From Spirochaetia bacterium (GTDB taxonomy: Bacteria > Spirochaetota > Spirochaetia > DSM-27196 > Salinispiraceae): a stretch of DNA of 64,000 nt. The DNA lies in contig JBBRCZ010000007.1 of the NCBI GenBank assembly GCA_038204425.1, positions 75,341 to 139,340 of the forward strand, given 5' to 3'. Positions 8,522-19,624 of this stretch are shown here, piece after piece. How positions within the stretch are numbered: the stretch's first letter is position 1; each line of letters opens with the position of its first letter. The translations under genes were made by a program, and so were the position numbers. Under the pieces are notes generated by a model, which saw only the letters and a program-made list of their open reading frames with translations, ran no database searches and was not told the DNA's origin.

Positions 8522-10234
8522 ATGAAATTTAAAGAACTGCTCCAACAATATGCCAGAGAACTTGTCAGTGCTTTTTTTCTTTGTTTGATCCTGCCTTGGC
8601 TGTTTAGCTCAGTCCTTAGCAGGCTCATACATTACGAGGCAGTTAGTCAACTTATTGCGATGGACCGGTTTTTGGAAGAAACTCAAGCCTTAGTGCAGTT
8701 CTCTTATCAGAGCAAAACAGCACGTCCAGAAGCACCAGAACTACGAGAGTTGACAATTTCCACTTACAAGCAACTTGTGGACCAGCAGTCCGCTCTGCTC
8801 TTGGTTCCTGAAGTACAGGAGGCCCTGCTCGTGGGCCAAGCAAGCTCATTGCATCAGCTTGACAGTCTTGGTCTGGTGACTAGCCTAGCGCGCTTTGACG
8901 CCACAAGTCAACGAGTTTTTTTTGCACGCTCGTCGCACCTTGGAGCGGAAGCACTGAGGACTTGGGCGATACTGATTGGACTTGCGCTTGGCCTAGCTTT
9001 GCCAGCCTGTCTAGCAATCTTGCGCTTGGTCCAAAAGTCTCGTCAAGAACGAGAGCTTGATTTTGTAGTCCACAACGCCAAAACCTTGCTCAGCAACGGC
9101 ACTCCGCCTCTGCCTTCTCATCTCAGTCCGCAGCTCGCACTGATACTCGAGCAGTTGCGCAGTGCCTTTTCAAGCATCTGGCCCGAGCGGCTTAGTTTGA
9201 TCAAACGCAAAGCCGAACTTGAACTAATTTTGCAAACTATGGACGAAGGAATTGTGGTGCTCAATGGCCAGTGCCGCATCAAGAGTATCAATCAACAAGC
9301 GCGCTTGCTTTTGGACTTGCATCATGAAGAACTACGCGGTCAAACTCTAGTTCACTTGGTCAGAGTTCCGATGGTGATGGAATTGCTTGAGCTTTGCCTC
9401 AAAGGCGAAGATCATTTAGAACGCGAAGTTACCCTGTATCGAAAAAATCCGCTCCACCTGCGGCTGACCGTGCATAGAATTGTAGCCAACAAAGAAAACT
9501 CTGGTGGCATCCTACTGATAGTTGCCAACGTAAGCAGCCTCAAGCATCTTGAAGAAGTGCGACGAGATTTTGTCGCCAACGTTAGTCACGAGCTGCGTAC
9601 GCCAATAACTGCCATCAGGGGTTTTGCCGAAACGTTGGCTGACGGTGCCAAAAATGATCCACAGCAAAACAGTCGTTTTATAGATATAATTTTTCGTCAG
9701 AGCAAACGCCTTGAGTCCATAATTGATGATTTGCTCACCCTATCGCAAATTGAACAAACCGGAACGAGCATTCAAACCGAGCAAGGCAGTTTTGGCGACT
9801 TGGCTGCGGAAGCAATTGAGTTAGTAAAACCACGGGCAATAGAAAAAAACACTACCATTGTAGTCGAGGGCCAAGACTGTAAAGTACGTGTCAACCGAGC
9901 CTTGTTGGAACAGGTTCTGGTCAATTTGATTGACAATGCAATTAAGTACTGCCCCGATAAAAGCGAGATCAGGCTTTTGTGGCACAAGAAGGATCAAAAG
10001 CTTTGGATTACGGTAGAAGACAATGGCCCCGGCATACCCATAAAAGATCAAGCACACATTTTTGAAAGATTTTATCGCATAGATAAGGCGCGCAGTAGAA
10101 CCATGGGTGGCACGGGACTGGGTCTTTCGATAGTCAAACATATCGTCATTGCCCATGGCGGCAAGATAGAGCTAATGAGCGTGCCCGGTGAAGGCGCTAG
10201 ATTTCTTATTTGGCTACCGCAAACAAATAAGTGA
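8522..10234 (+). CDS. phoR: PhoR-like sensor histidine kinase (TM, PAS, HisKA, HATPase)
   Basis: RRDFVANVSHELRTP, NLIDNAIKY, DNGPGIP, IFERFYRIDKARSR and GGTGLGLSIVKH. Confidence 0.88.
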   Translation: MKFKELLQQYARELVSAFFLCLILPWLFSSVLSRLIHYEAVSQLIAMDRFLEETQALVQFSYQSKTARPEAPELRELTISTYKQLVDQQSALLLVPEVQEALLVGQASSLHQLDSLGLVTSLARFDATSQRVFFARSSHLGAEALRTWAILIGLALGLALPACLAILRLVQKSRQERELDFVVHNAKTLLSNGTPPLPSHLSPQLALILEQLRSAFSSIWPERLSLIKRKAELELILQTMDEGIVVLNGQCRIKSINQQARLLLDLHHEELRGQTLVHLVRVPMVMELLELCLKGEDHLEREVTLYRKNPLHLRLTVHRIVANKENSGGILLIVANVSSLKHLEEVRRDFVANVSHELRTPITAIRGFAETLADGAKNDPQQNSRFIDIIFRQSKRLESIIDDLLTLSQIEQTGTSIQTEQGSFGDLAAEAIELVKPRAIEKNTTIVVEGQDCKVRVNRALLEQVLVNLIDNAIKYCPDKSEIRLLWHKKDQKLWITVEDNGPGIPIKDQAHIFERFYRIDKARSRTMGGTGLGLSIVKHIVIAHGGKIELMSVPGEGARFLIWLPQTNK

Positions 10235-11762
10235 TCAGCACTTGAATAGTGCCAATACCAAAACCCAAAATCGCACCAAAAACGTTAATCCAAGCAAACT
10301 CGCGGCCGACCAGACCGATTATTAGCCCTTCAAGTTGTGCCATATCAAGCTTGGATACTTGTCCTTCCACCATTTTTTGTAGATTAAAACCGTTGACCAC
10401 TTTGGGCAAAACTTGGGCAAGCACCGAGCTGACCGACTCAAGCAGCAGGCGGTCAAAGGACTCTTTTTGGCTCATAAATTGTGGACGTAAGGCGGCAGCC
10501 AAGCCGGGCTGTAAGTGCACTTTGCCGACTACTATGCCCACCACAAGTGTAACCAGCTTTTCTGCAAGTGCTGGCTTTCTTGCTTGAAGAATCAAAAAGG
10601 CCGACACTTGTCGCGCCAAAACCTGCTTTCGCTTTTGATCGATGCCAAACAGTTGAGCAAAGCTTTGCGCCTCCCCACCCCCCTGGACAGGTTTACTGGC
10701 GACAAAAAGTCTAACTAGACCGCCTTCTTGCAAAAACTGGCCGACAGCCTGGTAGGCCTTAAAGGCGAGATCCTTAAAAGAAAATCCGTAGCGTTCTTCT
10801 AAGTCTGCCAAGGGCAAAGTTCCAATGTGGTCCAAAAAATCGGCGACAATCTTGGGCCAAAGCGCAATTGTCTGTTGGGAAGCAAGGAAGGACTCCAGCT
10901 CAAGCAAGGTCTGGTCAACAAAGCCAGGAAGAATCTTGTGCAAAGACGCCTCGTAGTTGCCAAGGCGCATCAAGCCTCGTTGCAATGGATTGAGTTCTTC
11001 AATGGCTTTGCTCAAAAGTCGCTTGGCACGGGAGACTAGGTCGGTCTTAATTTCTGTGGTACTCAAGGCGTCTATTAGGGCCTTTGTCAAAAAAGGATAA
11101 CTGCGGGAAGCAAGATTCTTAGCCAGTCCCACTATCTCGCTCACCAAGGACGGAGACAAAAGTCTTGGTCGTTTGCCCAGAGTCATAGCCATTAAAGCCA
11201 TGAGCCTCTGACTTGCTTGTTTACTGTGCTTATTGCTCAAAAATTTTGATAAGAAGCTTTGCAGACGGCCTATGCTTTTGGCAGAAACACCAAGGCCCTG
11301 CGGGCTTAGTGCCAACAAAAGGTCAAAAAGTCCACTCAAGATTTTTTTTAGGCCTTGCTCAAAGCGTGGTGAGCCCAAAAATGTTTTGAGAAAATCAACA
11401 CTAAGTGTTTTGGTGTCGAGACTTAGCTTATCTGCCTTGGCACCGTCATCTGTTTGTGTCGAACCAAAAATACTTGAGGTGAGCCCAGAGATTGCCTTAT
11501 AGAGTACGTCCTGAACACCAGGATCACCAAGATGAGCAAGTAATCCTTCTTTCTCAAAGAGTTGTTGTGAAACCATCTTGCCAAGTGAGACTGCTAGGCG
11601 ATCGCGCTGGCGCGGAATAATGCCTGGTGTAAAGGGAAGTTTAAATCTTCCAATATAGTGAGCCTTGTAGGGCCTAAAAAGCATTTTGATAGCAATTGCA
11701 TTGGTTATGTAGCCAATTGCCGCGCCAACGAGACCGGATAGTAGAAACATCCATAGGTTCAT
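10206..11762 (-). CDS. DUF445 (YheB-like) membrane-anchored protein
   Basis: N-terminal GAAIGYITNAIAIKMLFRP..TPGIIP and C-terminal REFAWINVFGAILGFGIG are the DUF445 ends. Confidence 0.85.
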   Translation of the reverse strand: MNLWMFLLSGLVGAAIGYITNAIAIKMLFRPYKAHYIGRFKLPFTPGIIPRQRDRLAVSLGKMVSQQLFEKEGLLAHLGDPGVQDVLYKAISGLTSSIFGSTQTDDGAKADKLSLDTKTLSVDFLKTFLGSPRFEQGLKKILSGLFDLLLALSPQGLGVSAKSIGRLQSFLSKFLSNKHSKQASQRLMALMAMTLGKRPRLLSPSLVSEIVGLAKNLASRSYPFLTKALIDALSTTEIKTDLVSRAKRLLSKAIEELNPLQRGLMRLGNYEASLHKILPGFVDQTLLELESFLASQQTIALWPKIVADFLDHIGTLPLADLEERYGFSFKDLAFKAYQAVGQFLQEGGLVRLFVASKPVQGGGEAQSFAQLFGIDQKRKQVLARQVSAFLILQARKPALAEKLVTLVVGIVVGKVHLQPGLAAALRPQFMSQKESFDRLLLESVSSVLAQVLPKVVNGFNLQKMVEGQVSKLDMAQLEGLIIGLVGREFAWINVFGAILGFGIGTIQVLITYLFAVAK

Positions 11763-12178
11763 TGTGGCTGATCTAGTACCGAAGTTGAGGAGCTTAGACG
11801 GCGCGCACTAAGTTGTGCCTTGGCCTTGAGATCATAGAGGCTAATACCTCGCAGCTGTACCCACAGTTCTTGTTCTACCTTAAAGCTGCTTCCGGCATCG
11901 AGCACTTTGCGCCAACTCTCTTCTGCTTCGGACTGCCCCATCGTGTCGGTGGAAATCTGCAAGAGGTCTCCAGCACGGAAAACCGTTACAATGGTGGCTT
12001 GGTTGCTGGCCTGGGAATAGGCTTTGAGATAGGGTTTGTTGACCACTGCCCAAGCAGGACTGGCGATCAAACTGGGAGTTTCTGGCAGGACCAAGCCTTT
12101 ACTTTCTTGCTGCTGACAGGCACCAGAAAAGAAAACTAGTGCCAAAATCACTAGCACCACAGAGCCTTTCTTTTTCAT
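11759..12178 (-). CDS. Small lipoprotein, possibly SH3b-like
   Basis: MKKK..VLVILALVFFSGAC lipobox; start set at ATG 12178. Confidence 0.65.
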   Translation of the reverse strand: MKKKGSVVLVILALVFFSGACQQQESKGLVLPETPSLIASPAWAVVNKPYLKAYSQASNQATIVTVFRAGDLLQISTDTMGQSEAEESWRKVLDAGSSFKVEQELWVQLRGISLYDLKAKAQLSARRLSSSTSVLDQPQ

Positions 12179-12185
12179 AGCCTCA

Positions 12186-12214
12186 AGTATAGGAACTTTA
12201 AGCATTGTTGTCAC
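12186..12214 (-). promoter_or_regulatory. Sigma70-type promoter, probably giving a leaderless mRNA
   Basis: GTGACA-17 bp-TATACT, with ATG 7 nt downstream. Confidence 0.55.
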
Positions 12215-12226
12215 CGTGGATTTTGT

Positions 12227-14218
12227 TCATTTGTTTCCCTGACCTTTTAGTCGTTCGATTTCGTCTCTAACCAAGGCGGCCTGTTCAAACTCGAGATTTT
12301 TTGCGTGCTCAAGCATCATGTCTTGCAGTTCTCTAAGGTAGGCTTTGCGATCCTTGGCTTCCAGCAAATTGTAGCGCTTTTGCATGATCTCTATGGTCAT
12401 GGTTTGCACTTCTATCTTTTCTTGCTTCTGGCGAATGAGCATGTCATGAATAGCTTTTTTGACGGTCAGTGGAGTAATTCCATGCGCAGTGTTGTATTGC
12501 TCTTGAATAGTGCGCCGACGAGTAGTCTCGTCAATTGCTCGTCGCATAGCATCGGACTCGCGGTCTGCGTACATGATTACCATTCCGTTGACGTTACGGG
12601 CAGCGCGCCCAATAGTCTGGATTAGACTGGTTGCCGAACGCAAGAAGCCAATTTTATCGGCATCCAGAATCGCAATTAGACTTACCTCGGGCAAGTCCAA
12701 GCCTTCGCGCAATAAGTTGATGCCAATCAAAACATCAAAAATACCCTGCCTTAGTTGGGTCAGAATTTCTACTCTCTCAATAGTTTCTATTTCTGAATGC
12801 AGATAGCGCACTTTGAGTCCCATGTTGGCAAAGTAAGTACTCAAGTCTTCTGACATTTTTTTGGTAAGCGTTGTCACCAGTGTTCGTTCGCCAGCCGCTA
12901 TTCTGCTTCTAATTTCTCCATACAAGTCTTCTATCTGCCCTTGGCTGGGACGCACAACTATCTGAGGATCAAGTAGCCCGGTTGGCCTAATCACCAACTC
13001 AACCTCTTGCTCGGCGCGCTCGGCTTCTTCGGTACTCGGTGTAGCCGAGACAAAGACAGTTTGGTCCAATAGAGAAAGATACTCGTCGTAAAAAAGTGGT
13101 CGATTGTCGAGCGCCGACGGCAGCCTAAAACCAAACTCAACCAGGTTGAGTTTACGCGATCGGTCACCAGCATACATACCTCGCACCTGCGGCAAACTGA
13201 CATGCGACTCATCAACAAAGGTCAAAAAATTGTCGGGAAAATAGTCAATCAAGACGGCAGGCCTTTCGCCTTCGATGCGCCCTGTTAAGTGGCGACTGTA
13301 GTTTTCTATGCCAGAACAATAACCGACTTCGGTCAACATTTCTAAGTCGTACTCGGTTCGACTCTTGAGTCTTTGCGCCTCAACTAAGCGATTGGCGCCT
13401 TCCAGTTTGTCAACTTGGGTTTGCATCTCTTGCCTTATACGGTCAATTGCTGGTGCCACAGCCGTTTCTTCCATCACAAAGTGCTTGGCAGGATAGAGCA
13501 TTAAAGACAAGGGTTCTTCAAGAATTTCACCAGAAATGGGATGCAAAACTTTGATCTTGCCAATGTGTTCAAAGTCGAGCTCTATACGGTAGATAGCGTC
13601 AGCGTAGGCCGGGTGGATCTCGAGGGCCTCGCCTCGCACGCGAAAGTCTCCTCGCTCGAGAACGGCATCGTTGCGTTCGTATTGCAGTTGAATAAGTCTA
13701 ATCTTGATGGCCTGCAGATCCAAGGTTTGGCCAACGTCCAAGCGCAGGCGCATTTCGCGGTAGTCGCGCGGACTGCCCAGTCCATAGATGCACGAGACAG
13801 TAGCGACGACAATCACATCGGGTCGTTCGAGCAAGCTCGCCGTAGCCGCCAAGCGCATTTTGTCGATCTCCTCGTTGATCGAGGAGTCTTTTTCTATATA
13901 GAGGTCTTTTTTGGCCACGTAGGCTTCTGGTTGATAATAGTCATAGTAAGAAACGAAGTATTCGACAGCGTTGTTAGGAAAAAAATCCTTAAACTCGCGA
14001 TACAGCTGGGCTGCCAGCGTCTTGTTGTGGCTCATGATAAGGGCCGGTTTTTGCATCTTCTCGATGATTTTGGCCATAGTATAGGTCTTGCCCGAACCGG
14101 TGACGCCTTTAATGGTCTGAAACTTCATGCCCTTGTCCAGCCCCTCGCAAATCTTCTCAATAGCGTTGGGCTGATCCCCCGATGGTTCAAATCCTGCATG
14201 CACCACAAACTTGTTCAT
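12227..14218 (-). CDS. uvrB: Excinuclease ABC subunit B
   Basis: GVTGSGKT, FVSYYDYYQPEAY, DESH, GINLLREGLDLPEV, QTIGRAARN and a C-terminal UVR domain. Confidence 0.98.
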   Translation of the reverse strand: MNKFVVHAGFEPSGDQPNAIEKICEGLDKGMKFQTIKGVTGSGKTYTMAKIIEKMQKPALIMSHNKTLAAQLYREFKDFFPNNAVEYFVSYYDYYQPEAYVAKKDLYIEKDSSINEEIDKMRLAATASLLERPDVIVVATVSCIYGLGSPRDYREMRLRLDVGQTLDLQAIKIRLIQLQYERNDAVLERGDFRVRGEALEIHPAYADAIYRIELDFEHIGKIKVLHPISGEILEEPLSLMLYPAKHFVMEETAVAPAIDRIRQEMQTQVDKLEGANRLVEAQRLKSRTEYDLEMLTEVGYCSGIENYSRHLTGRIEGERPAVLIDYFPDNFLTFVDESHVSLPQVRGMYAGDRSRKLNLVEFGFRLPSALDNRPLFYDEYLSLLDQTVFVSATPSTEEAERAEQEVELVIRPTGLLDPQIVVRPSQGQIEDLYGEIRSRIAAGERTLVTTLTKKMSEDLSTYFANMGLKVRYLHSEIETIERVEILTQLRQGIFDVLIGINLLREGLDLPEVSLIAILDADKIGFLRSATSLIQTIGRAARNVNGMVIMYADRESDAMRRAIDETTRRRTIQEQYNTAHGITPLTVKKAIHDMLIRQKQEKIEVQTMTIEIMQKRYNLLEAKDRKAYLRELQDMMLEHAKNLEFEQAALVRDEIERLKGQGNK

Positions 14219-14293
14219 TACAACCTCTGACCATAAAATACGCTATTTTAGATGCATTGCCCACTGGCAAATTGGGCTCGGATAAAGAGGGTG

Positions 14294-14322
14294 TTGACAG
14301 CACTTGCAAGTCCCCTTAGGAT
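14294..14322 (+). promoter_or_regulatory. Sigma70-type promoter, probably giving a leaderless mRNA
   Basis: TTGACA (14294-14299)-17 bp-TAGGAT (14317-14322); ATG 6 nt later; no SD. Confidence 0.65.
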
Positions 14323-14328
14323 ACGCTC

Positions 14329-15126
14329 ATGGACAGCAAGCGTTCCCTCACGCGCAGTATTTTTTTGGCAGTTGGCACATTTTTTTTGTTTCATCTGGCT
14401 GTTTTTAGTTTAGTGTTTGTCGGCTACCAAATGGCCACTGACTATCTGCTTTGGTACCTTGCCAGTTCATTGGGTCTTCATCTGGCTTTGCTGGTGGTCT
14501 TATTGCTTTCTCGCAAAGACTTTTATCTTATCAGCGATGGCAGCCATCTTTCTCGCGTCAATAGTGCCAACTTGCTCACTATGTTTCGCATCACAAGCCT
14601 ACCTTCCATGCTGGCCCTGCTTGGCACCGTGCGTGTCTATCCGGTGGTTGTTTTTCTGGTCGCCTATACGGTGCTGGCCTTTGTAACCGACTACTTGGAT
14701 GGTTACGTTGCGCGGCGTTTTGGCCAAGGCACTCGCGCTGGCCAGTACCTGGATAGCATGAGCGACTACGCGATCCTAATTGCTATTGCCTTTGCGTTTG
14801 CTCAGTTTGGCTTGGTAACGCAATGGTTCTTTATTTTTGTACTGGCACGCTTCTTTATCCAATGGGGCCTAATGTGTATTTTGTTCTTGGTTCTCAAAGA
14901 CAAGATGGAACCGCGCACTTCGCTCTTGGGTAAGGGCTCGGTGTTTATGACGATGATAGTTTTTGCTTGTTATTTACTCAAACTGTTTGCTTGGTTTGAC
15001 CCGATTCTTCCCTATCTATTTATACTAGAGTTATTTACTGCCGGCGTTTTAATCGTGAGCATGATAGAAAAGTTTATAGTCTTTGCGCGCGACCTACGCA
15101 ACGCCACTAAAACAGCTAAAGTCTAA
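14329..15126 (+). CDS. CDP-alcohol phosphatidyltransferase family protein
   Basis: ANLLTMFR and TDYLDGYVARRFGQGTRAGQYLDSMSD match DxxDGxxAR..G..LDxxxD. Confidence 0.9.
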   Translation: MDSKRSLTRSIFLAVGTFFLFHLAVFSLVFVGYQMATDYLLWYLASSLGLHLALLVVLLLSRKDFYLISDGSHLSRVNSANLLTMFRITSLPSMLALLGTVRVYPVVVFLVAYTVLAFVTDYLDGYVARRFGQGTRAGQYLDSMSDYAILIAIAFAFAQFGLVTQWFFIFVLARFFIQWGLMCILFLVLKDKMEPRTSLLGKGSVFMTMIVFACYLLKLFAWFDPILPYLFILELFTAGVLIVSMIEKFIVFARDLRNATKTAKV

Positions 15127-15421
15127 GTCCGGCTTTTGCCAAAATTCCGTCATGGTCATCGAGCCTCAATCCTTCTTGGCGCTCTTTAAAGTAAGAGTAC
15201 AAGACCTGGTAGCTTTTGAGCTTTTTGACCAAGATCCAACGTATCATTTGGTTTTTTGCTGCCAAACTGGCAAACTCATAGTGTCGATTGCGGCCACCTT
15301 CTGGACTCAGACCCCAACGCACCGTCAGCGAAAAAGGTGCAAAGAGCTGCGACTGCCTGTCGTCAATTGAGTAGTAGTGTTTGCGGCCATCAGGCTCAGT
15401 TCGATACAGAATTACCAACAT
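15116..15421 (-). CDS. Small basic protein, WGR-domain-like
   Basis: HYYSIDDRQSQLFAPFSLTVRWG resembles the WGR pattern Y...Q..LF....L...WG(R). Confidence 0.5.
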   Translation of the reverse strand: MLVILYRTEPDGRKHYYSIDDRQSQLFAPFSLTVRWGLSPEGGRNRHYEFASLAAKNQMIRWILVKKLKSYQVLYSYFKERQEGLRLDDHDGILAKAGLRL

Positions 15422-15466
15422 CTTACTTGAGCATCGGCAGGTTTGAGTCTGCGCCCAAGATCATGA

Positions 15467-16306
15467 CTATTTTTTCTTCTCAAAGCGAGTAGCTGCTGTT
15501 GCGTAGATATTCCAAACATGGCCGTCCATACGCCTTTGATCCAAGACTAGCTTTTTTGCCTGAGCTTGCCATGACTCTGGAAGTCCCGCAAAATCTTCTT
15601 GGCTGTACAAGCCTAGCCAGTCAGGGCCGTAGATCAGACGCAGAGCACCCTGAGGGTTAAATCGCAGTTGGTAAAGCACGAGTTCAGTATCCGCTGTCCA
15701 AGCAAGACTTTTGCTCTCTTGGCGATAGTCCAAGTTCCAAACCCACTTTTGCACGGTTGGCTGAGCTTGAGCTTCGCCCGTCAGCCCTTGGCCGGTACCC
15801 TCTTGATTAAGCGCTAAGGAAACACTTGCAATCGGTCGGTCGCCAGCCTCAGCTGTCACTGCTTTCATAGAAAGAGAAGCCAGGTTCGACTGAAACAGGG
15901 CTGCACTCACAAACCAAAGCGTGAGCACAAGGAAAAGACTTGGCCACCATAGCCATGTCAAAAGCGTGGAAACTAGTGCCGTAGACAAAAAACATAAGAT
16001 CAGCCAGACCCAGGCTGGCTCTGTTTTGGCAAACAGGATTGCCATGGTCAGCACAGCGCCACAGGCCAGCGCCATTAGCACCATTGACAAACCGCGCCAT
16101 ACCGAGCCTGGGGGTGCAGAGTTTGGCACCCGATCTAAACTGGCGCCAAGCCCAGACAAGCGCGCCAGACCACGGCTACGGCGTAGTATCAAGATAGCTT
16201 TGATACTAAAACCCAATCCTGCGCCAGCGCAAAGGCCAGCTAGACTGGCCCAAAATTCGGCCTGACTGGCTAGTCGAACTATGGCTTGCAAAAAATCAGA
16301 GATCAT
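15467..16306 (-). CDS. Hypothetical membrane protein
   Basis: About 4 TM segments plus a soluble C-terminus; start overlaps the upstream carboxypeptidase stop. Confidence 0.6.
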   Translation of the reverse strand: MISDFLQAIVRLASQAEFWASLAGLCAGAGLGFSIKAILILRRSRGLARLSGLGASLDRVPNSAPPGSVWRGLSMVLMALACGAVLTMAILFAKTEPAWVWLILCFLSTALVSTLLTWLWWPSLFLVLTLWFVSAALFQSNLASLSMKAVTAEAGDRPIASVSLALNQEGTGQGLTGEAQAQPTVQKWVWNLDYRQESKSLAWTADTELVLYQLRFNPQGALRLIYGPDWLGLYSQEDFAGLPESWQAQAKKLVLDQRRMDGHVWNIYATAATRFEKKK

Positions 16307-17846
16307 ACAGTTGAGTATACTTACGATTGAGGTAATTCATAAACGGTTGATGATCCAAACGCACCCCACAAACTTCTTGTACCAACTCTGATGGCAATAC
16401 AGCCGCTCCAGGTTGATGAATCTTGCTGCACAGCCAGTTCTTGAGCGGTAAGAATTGACCTTGTCCCACCTGGGCCTCCAAGTCTGGAATGTCATAGCTG
16501 GCTTGTTGGTAAAACATGGCAGCATAAAGGTTGCCCAAGGCATAGGTGGGAAAGTAGCCAATGCTGCCCATCGACCAGTGAATGTCTTGCAAAACACCTT
16601 GGCTATCAGTCGGTGGAACTATGCCCAGCAGTTGGCGGCTTTTTTCTCGCCAGGCCTCACTGAGATCCTTGACCTCAAGCTCACCACGCATAATGCCAAG
16701 CTCCAATTCAAAGCGCAGCATTACATGCAGACTGTAGGTTACCTCGTCAGCGTCAACGCGAATAAAGCTGGCCTTGACCCTGTTGGCTGCTTGGTAGATT
16801 TCTTGCAGACTGAGTCCAGCAGTCTCGGGCAAAAAGTTTTGTAGTTGTGGCAAAAAGTGGCCCCAGAAGGCACGACTTCGGCCAACCATATTCTCCCAAA
16901 GCCGCGACTGGCTCTCGTGAATGCCAAGCGAGCAGCCGTTTGATAGCATTAGGTGCAAATCAGGGTGCACGCCAAGTTCGTAAAGCGCATGTCCTGCCTC
17001 GTGAACTATGCTCGATATGCCGGCAAAGAAGTTTTTTTGGTCATAACGCGTAGTGATACGCACATCTTTACGGCCCACCGTTGTGGTAAAAGGGTGTGCA
17101 GATACATCCAGCCGCCCACTATCTGTTGGGTAGTGCATAGCTGCGAGAATAGCCCTACCAAGTTGTTCCTGGCCAGCTTGCAAAAAGTTTTTGCCAGCTA
17201 GCGCATCAAAAGCATAAGCAGGTGAGCTCGACTTTTGCCCGATAGCCGCCACCAAAGGCACCAGTTGCTCGCGCATTTTTGAAAACACGGTGGCTATTTC
17301 TGCAGCGCCCATGCCCGGTTCGTACTCGTCAAGCAGCGCATCATAGGCTTCGGCGCCGCCCCCAACGAGACTAGCTTCTTGCCGTTTGAGTTCTATCAGT
17401 TTTGAGAGGTAAGGTGCAAAATGAGCAAAGTCATTGGCATGTCGGGCCTTGATCCAGTTAGCTTGACCAAGACTTGCCGCAACCGACAACTGACTCACAA
17501 AGTCGGCATTTAAACAGGCCGCTCGCCGGTGGCTGCGCCCGAGAGAGCGCAACAAACGTTGGTCTGCCCAGCTAAGCTGCTGCGTGCCAAAAGGCCTTGC
17601 TGGGCTTGCACCCAGCTCGTCCAAACAACGCGCCATTTCGTCTCCAGCCAAGCGCTCATGCATCAAGCGCGCCAAGAGTGCCTGCTGCTGGGCGCGTTCA
17701 TCAAGAGCGGCTTCGGGCATATAGGTTTCTTGATCCCAGCCAAGTAAAGACGAACTATGGCTCAAGAGGCCAATTTCATCAGCAAGTTGGGCTGCCCGCT
17801 TGAGAGCAGCTGGGGCATCTCCTGCGTGTTTATAACGTTGACTCAT
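16296..17846 (-). CDS. M32 metallocarboxypeptidase (carboxypeptidase Taq family)
   Basis: [49 protein letters not shown] and GYFPTYALG. Confidence 0.95.
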   Translation of the reverse strand: MSQRYKHAGDAPAALKRAAQLADEIGLLSHSSSLLGWDQETYMPEAALDERAQQQALLARLMHERLAGDEMARCLDELGASPARPFGTQQLSWADQRLLRSLGRSHRRAACLNADFVSQLSVAASLGQANWIKARHANDFAHFAPYLSKLIELKRQEASLVGGGAEAYDALLDEYEPGMGAAEIATVFSKMREQLVPLVAAIGQKSSSPAYAFDALAGKNFLQAGQEQLGRAILAAMHYPTDSGRLDVSAHPFTTTVGRKDVRITTRYDQKNFFAGISSIVHEAGHALYELGVHPDLHLMLSNGCSLGIHESQSRLWENMVGRSRAFWGHFLPQLQNFLPETAGLSLQEIYQAANRVKASFIRVDADEVTYSLHVMLRFELELGIMRGELEVKDLSEAWREKSRQLLGIVPPTDSQGVLQDIHWSMGSIGYFPTYALGNLYAAMFYQQASYDIPDLEAQVGQGQFLPLKNWLCSKIHQPGAAVLPSELVQEVCGVRLDHQPFMNYLNRKYTQLYDL

Positions 17847-19624
17847 AACAGTTTAAGTCCTTCTTTGCTAGCAATTTTGTCTTTGGCGAGCACTATAAAA
17901 TCACTCAGGGCAACAGCATTGGCCTGTTCATTGGTGCGGGTTCGGATAGAGACAGTGCCCGTCTCAAGTTCCTTGGCACCGATGATGAGCATGTAGGGCA
18001 CTTTGACGGCCTGATGCTTACGGATTTTGTTCTGCATCCTGTCCTCGCTGAGATCAGCTAGGCAACGCAAGCCCTCGGCCTTAAGCGCTTCAGCAATCTT
18101 TTGTGCACCAGCCTCAAAGTCAGGCCCGACTGGAATTACCACAACTTGGGTAGGAGCCAACCAAACCGGAAACGAACCAGAAAAGTGTTCAATCAAAATT
18201 CCAATAAAACGTTCAAGGCTTCCCAAGACGGCGCGATGCAGCATAACTGGGTTGCGTCTCACGCCTTCGTTGTCTATGTAGCCAGCGTCCAGTCTTTCCT
18301 TGCTGGGCAGTTGATAGTCCAATTGGATGGTACCGCACTGCCACTTGCGCCCCAAGGCATCAATCAAAGTAAACTCAAGTTTGGGACCGTAGAAGGCACC
18401 CTCCCCAGGGGCTTCAAGATAGTCAAACCCTGCCGCTTTACAAGCTAAGCCAAGCGCAGACTCCGCTCTATCCCAGCTTTGGTCGTCGCCTAAGCGGACC
18501 TCTGGTCGCAGGGCAAGCCTAACCAAGACGTTCTCGCCAGTAAATCCAAAATCCGCATACATTGAACTCAAAAGTTCACAAAAATCTTTAACTTCGGTTT
18601 GGACTTGTTCTTCAGTACAAAAAATATGGGCGTCATCTTGCACAAATCCCCTAACCCGCATGATGCCATGTAAGGCCCCCGAGGCTTCGTTGCGACAACA
18701 ACTGCCAAATTCTGCCATGCGCAACGGCAAGTCACGATAGCTCTTGATACCTTGGCGAAAAATCTCAATATGGCCTGGGCAGTTCATCGGCTTAAGCGCA
18801 AACTCACGCTTTTCGCTTTCGGTAACAAACATATGGTCGCGGTACTTTGCCCAGTGGCCAGATCGCTCCCAAAGGCTCTTGGGCATAACCGAGGGAGTTT
18901 TGACCTCCTGATAGTTAGCAATGCGCAAACGGTTGCGCACGTAGTCTTCTATGCTGCGGTAAATTGTCCAGCCGTCCGGATGCCAGTAAATTTGCCCTGG
19001 ATTGTCGTCGTCGATATGAAACAAGTCCAAGTCTTTGCCCAGCCGTCTATGATCACGACGTTCGGCTTCTTCCAAAAATTGCAGGTATTCTTTGAGCTGT
19101 GGACCATTGTGAAAACAGTAGGCATAGATTCGTTGTAGCATCGGGCCTTTTTCGTCACCACGCCAGTAGGCGCCTGCAATCTTGGCCAGCTTAAAACTGC
19201 CGCTATCCAGCACGCCCATGTTGTCCACATGAGGCCCGCGACAAAGGTCGACAAAAGCGTTGCTGTAGTAGAGGCTAATTTCTTCGTCATCAGGTAGCTT
19301 GTCCAGCAGATCTTGTTTGTAAATTTGTCCTTCAAGAACCTGTCGTGCCTCGGCCTTGCTGACCGCCTTGCGTATAAAATCAGAACGAGTTTTGATGATT
19401 TCCTTCATCTTAAGCTCAATGGCTTCAAGATCCTCGGGCTTGAGACTGCGTGACAGCTCAAAGTCGTAGTAAAAACCGTTGTCCACTGGCGGACCTATGG
19501 CTATCTGGCCATCTGGAAATAGTTGTAGGACAGCTTCGGCCATAATGTGAGCCAGGCTATGACGTTTTTTGTAGAGCGCTTCATCTTTGGCAAGGCGTTC
19601 TTGGGCGGCATGAGTTAAAGCCAT
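17843..19624 (-). CDS. thrS: Threonine--tRNA ligase
   Basis: [56 protein letters not shown] and [16 protein letters not shown] 19624 follows GAGGAGG. Confidence 0.97.
   Translation of the reverse strand: MALTHAAQERLAKDEALYKKRHSLAHIMAEAVLQLFPDGQIAIGPPVDNGFYYDFELSRSLKPEDLEAIELKMKEIIKTRSDFIRKAVSKAEARQVLEGQIYKQDLLDKLPDDEEISLYYSNAFVDLCRGPHVDNMGVLDSGSFKLAKIAGAYWRGDEKGPMLQRIYAYCFHNGPQLKEYLQFLEEAERRDHRRLGKDLDLFHIDDDNPGQIYWHPDGWTIYRSIEDYVRNRLRIANYQEVKTPSVMPKSLWERSGHWAKYRDHMFVTESEKREFALKPMNCPGHIEIFRQGIKSYRDLPLRMAEFGSCCRNEASGALHGIMRVRGFVQDDAHIFCTEEQVQTEVKDFCELLSSMYADFGFTGENVLVRLALRPEVRLGDDQSWDRAESALGLACKAAGFDYLEAPGEGAFYGPKLEFTLIDALGRKWQCGTIQLDYQLPSKERLDAGYIDNEGVRRNPVMLHRAVLGSLERFIGILIEHFSGSFPVWLAPTQVVVIPVGPDFEAGAQKIAEALKAEGLRCLADLSEDRMQNKIRKHQAVKVPYMLIIGAKELETGTVSIRTRTNEQANAVALSDFIVLAKDKIASKEGLKLL

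Noticed and set aside
13541..14230. 229-aa plus-strand ORF
   Set aside because: Antisense to uvrB; a typical shadow frame.
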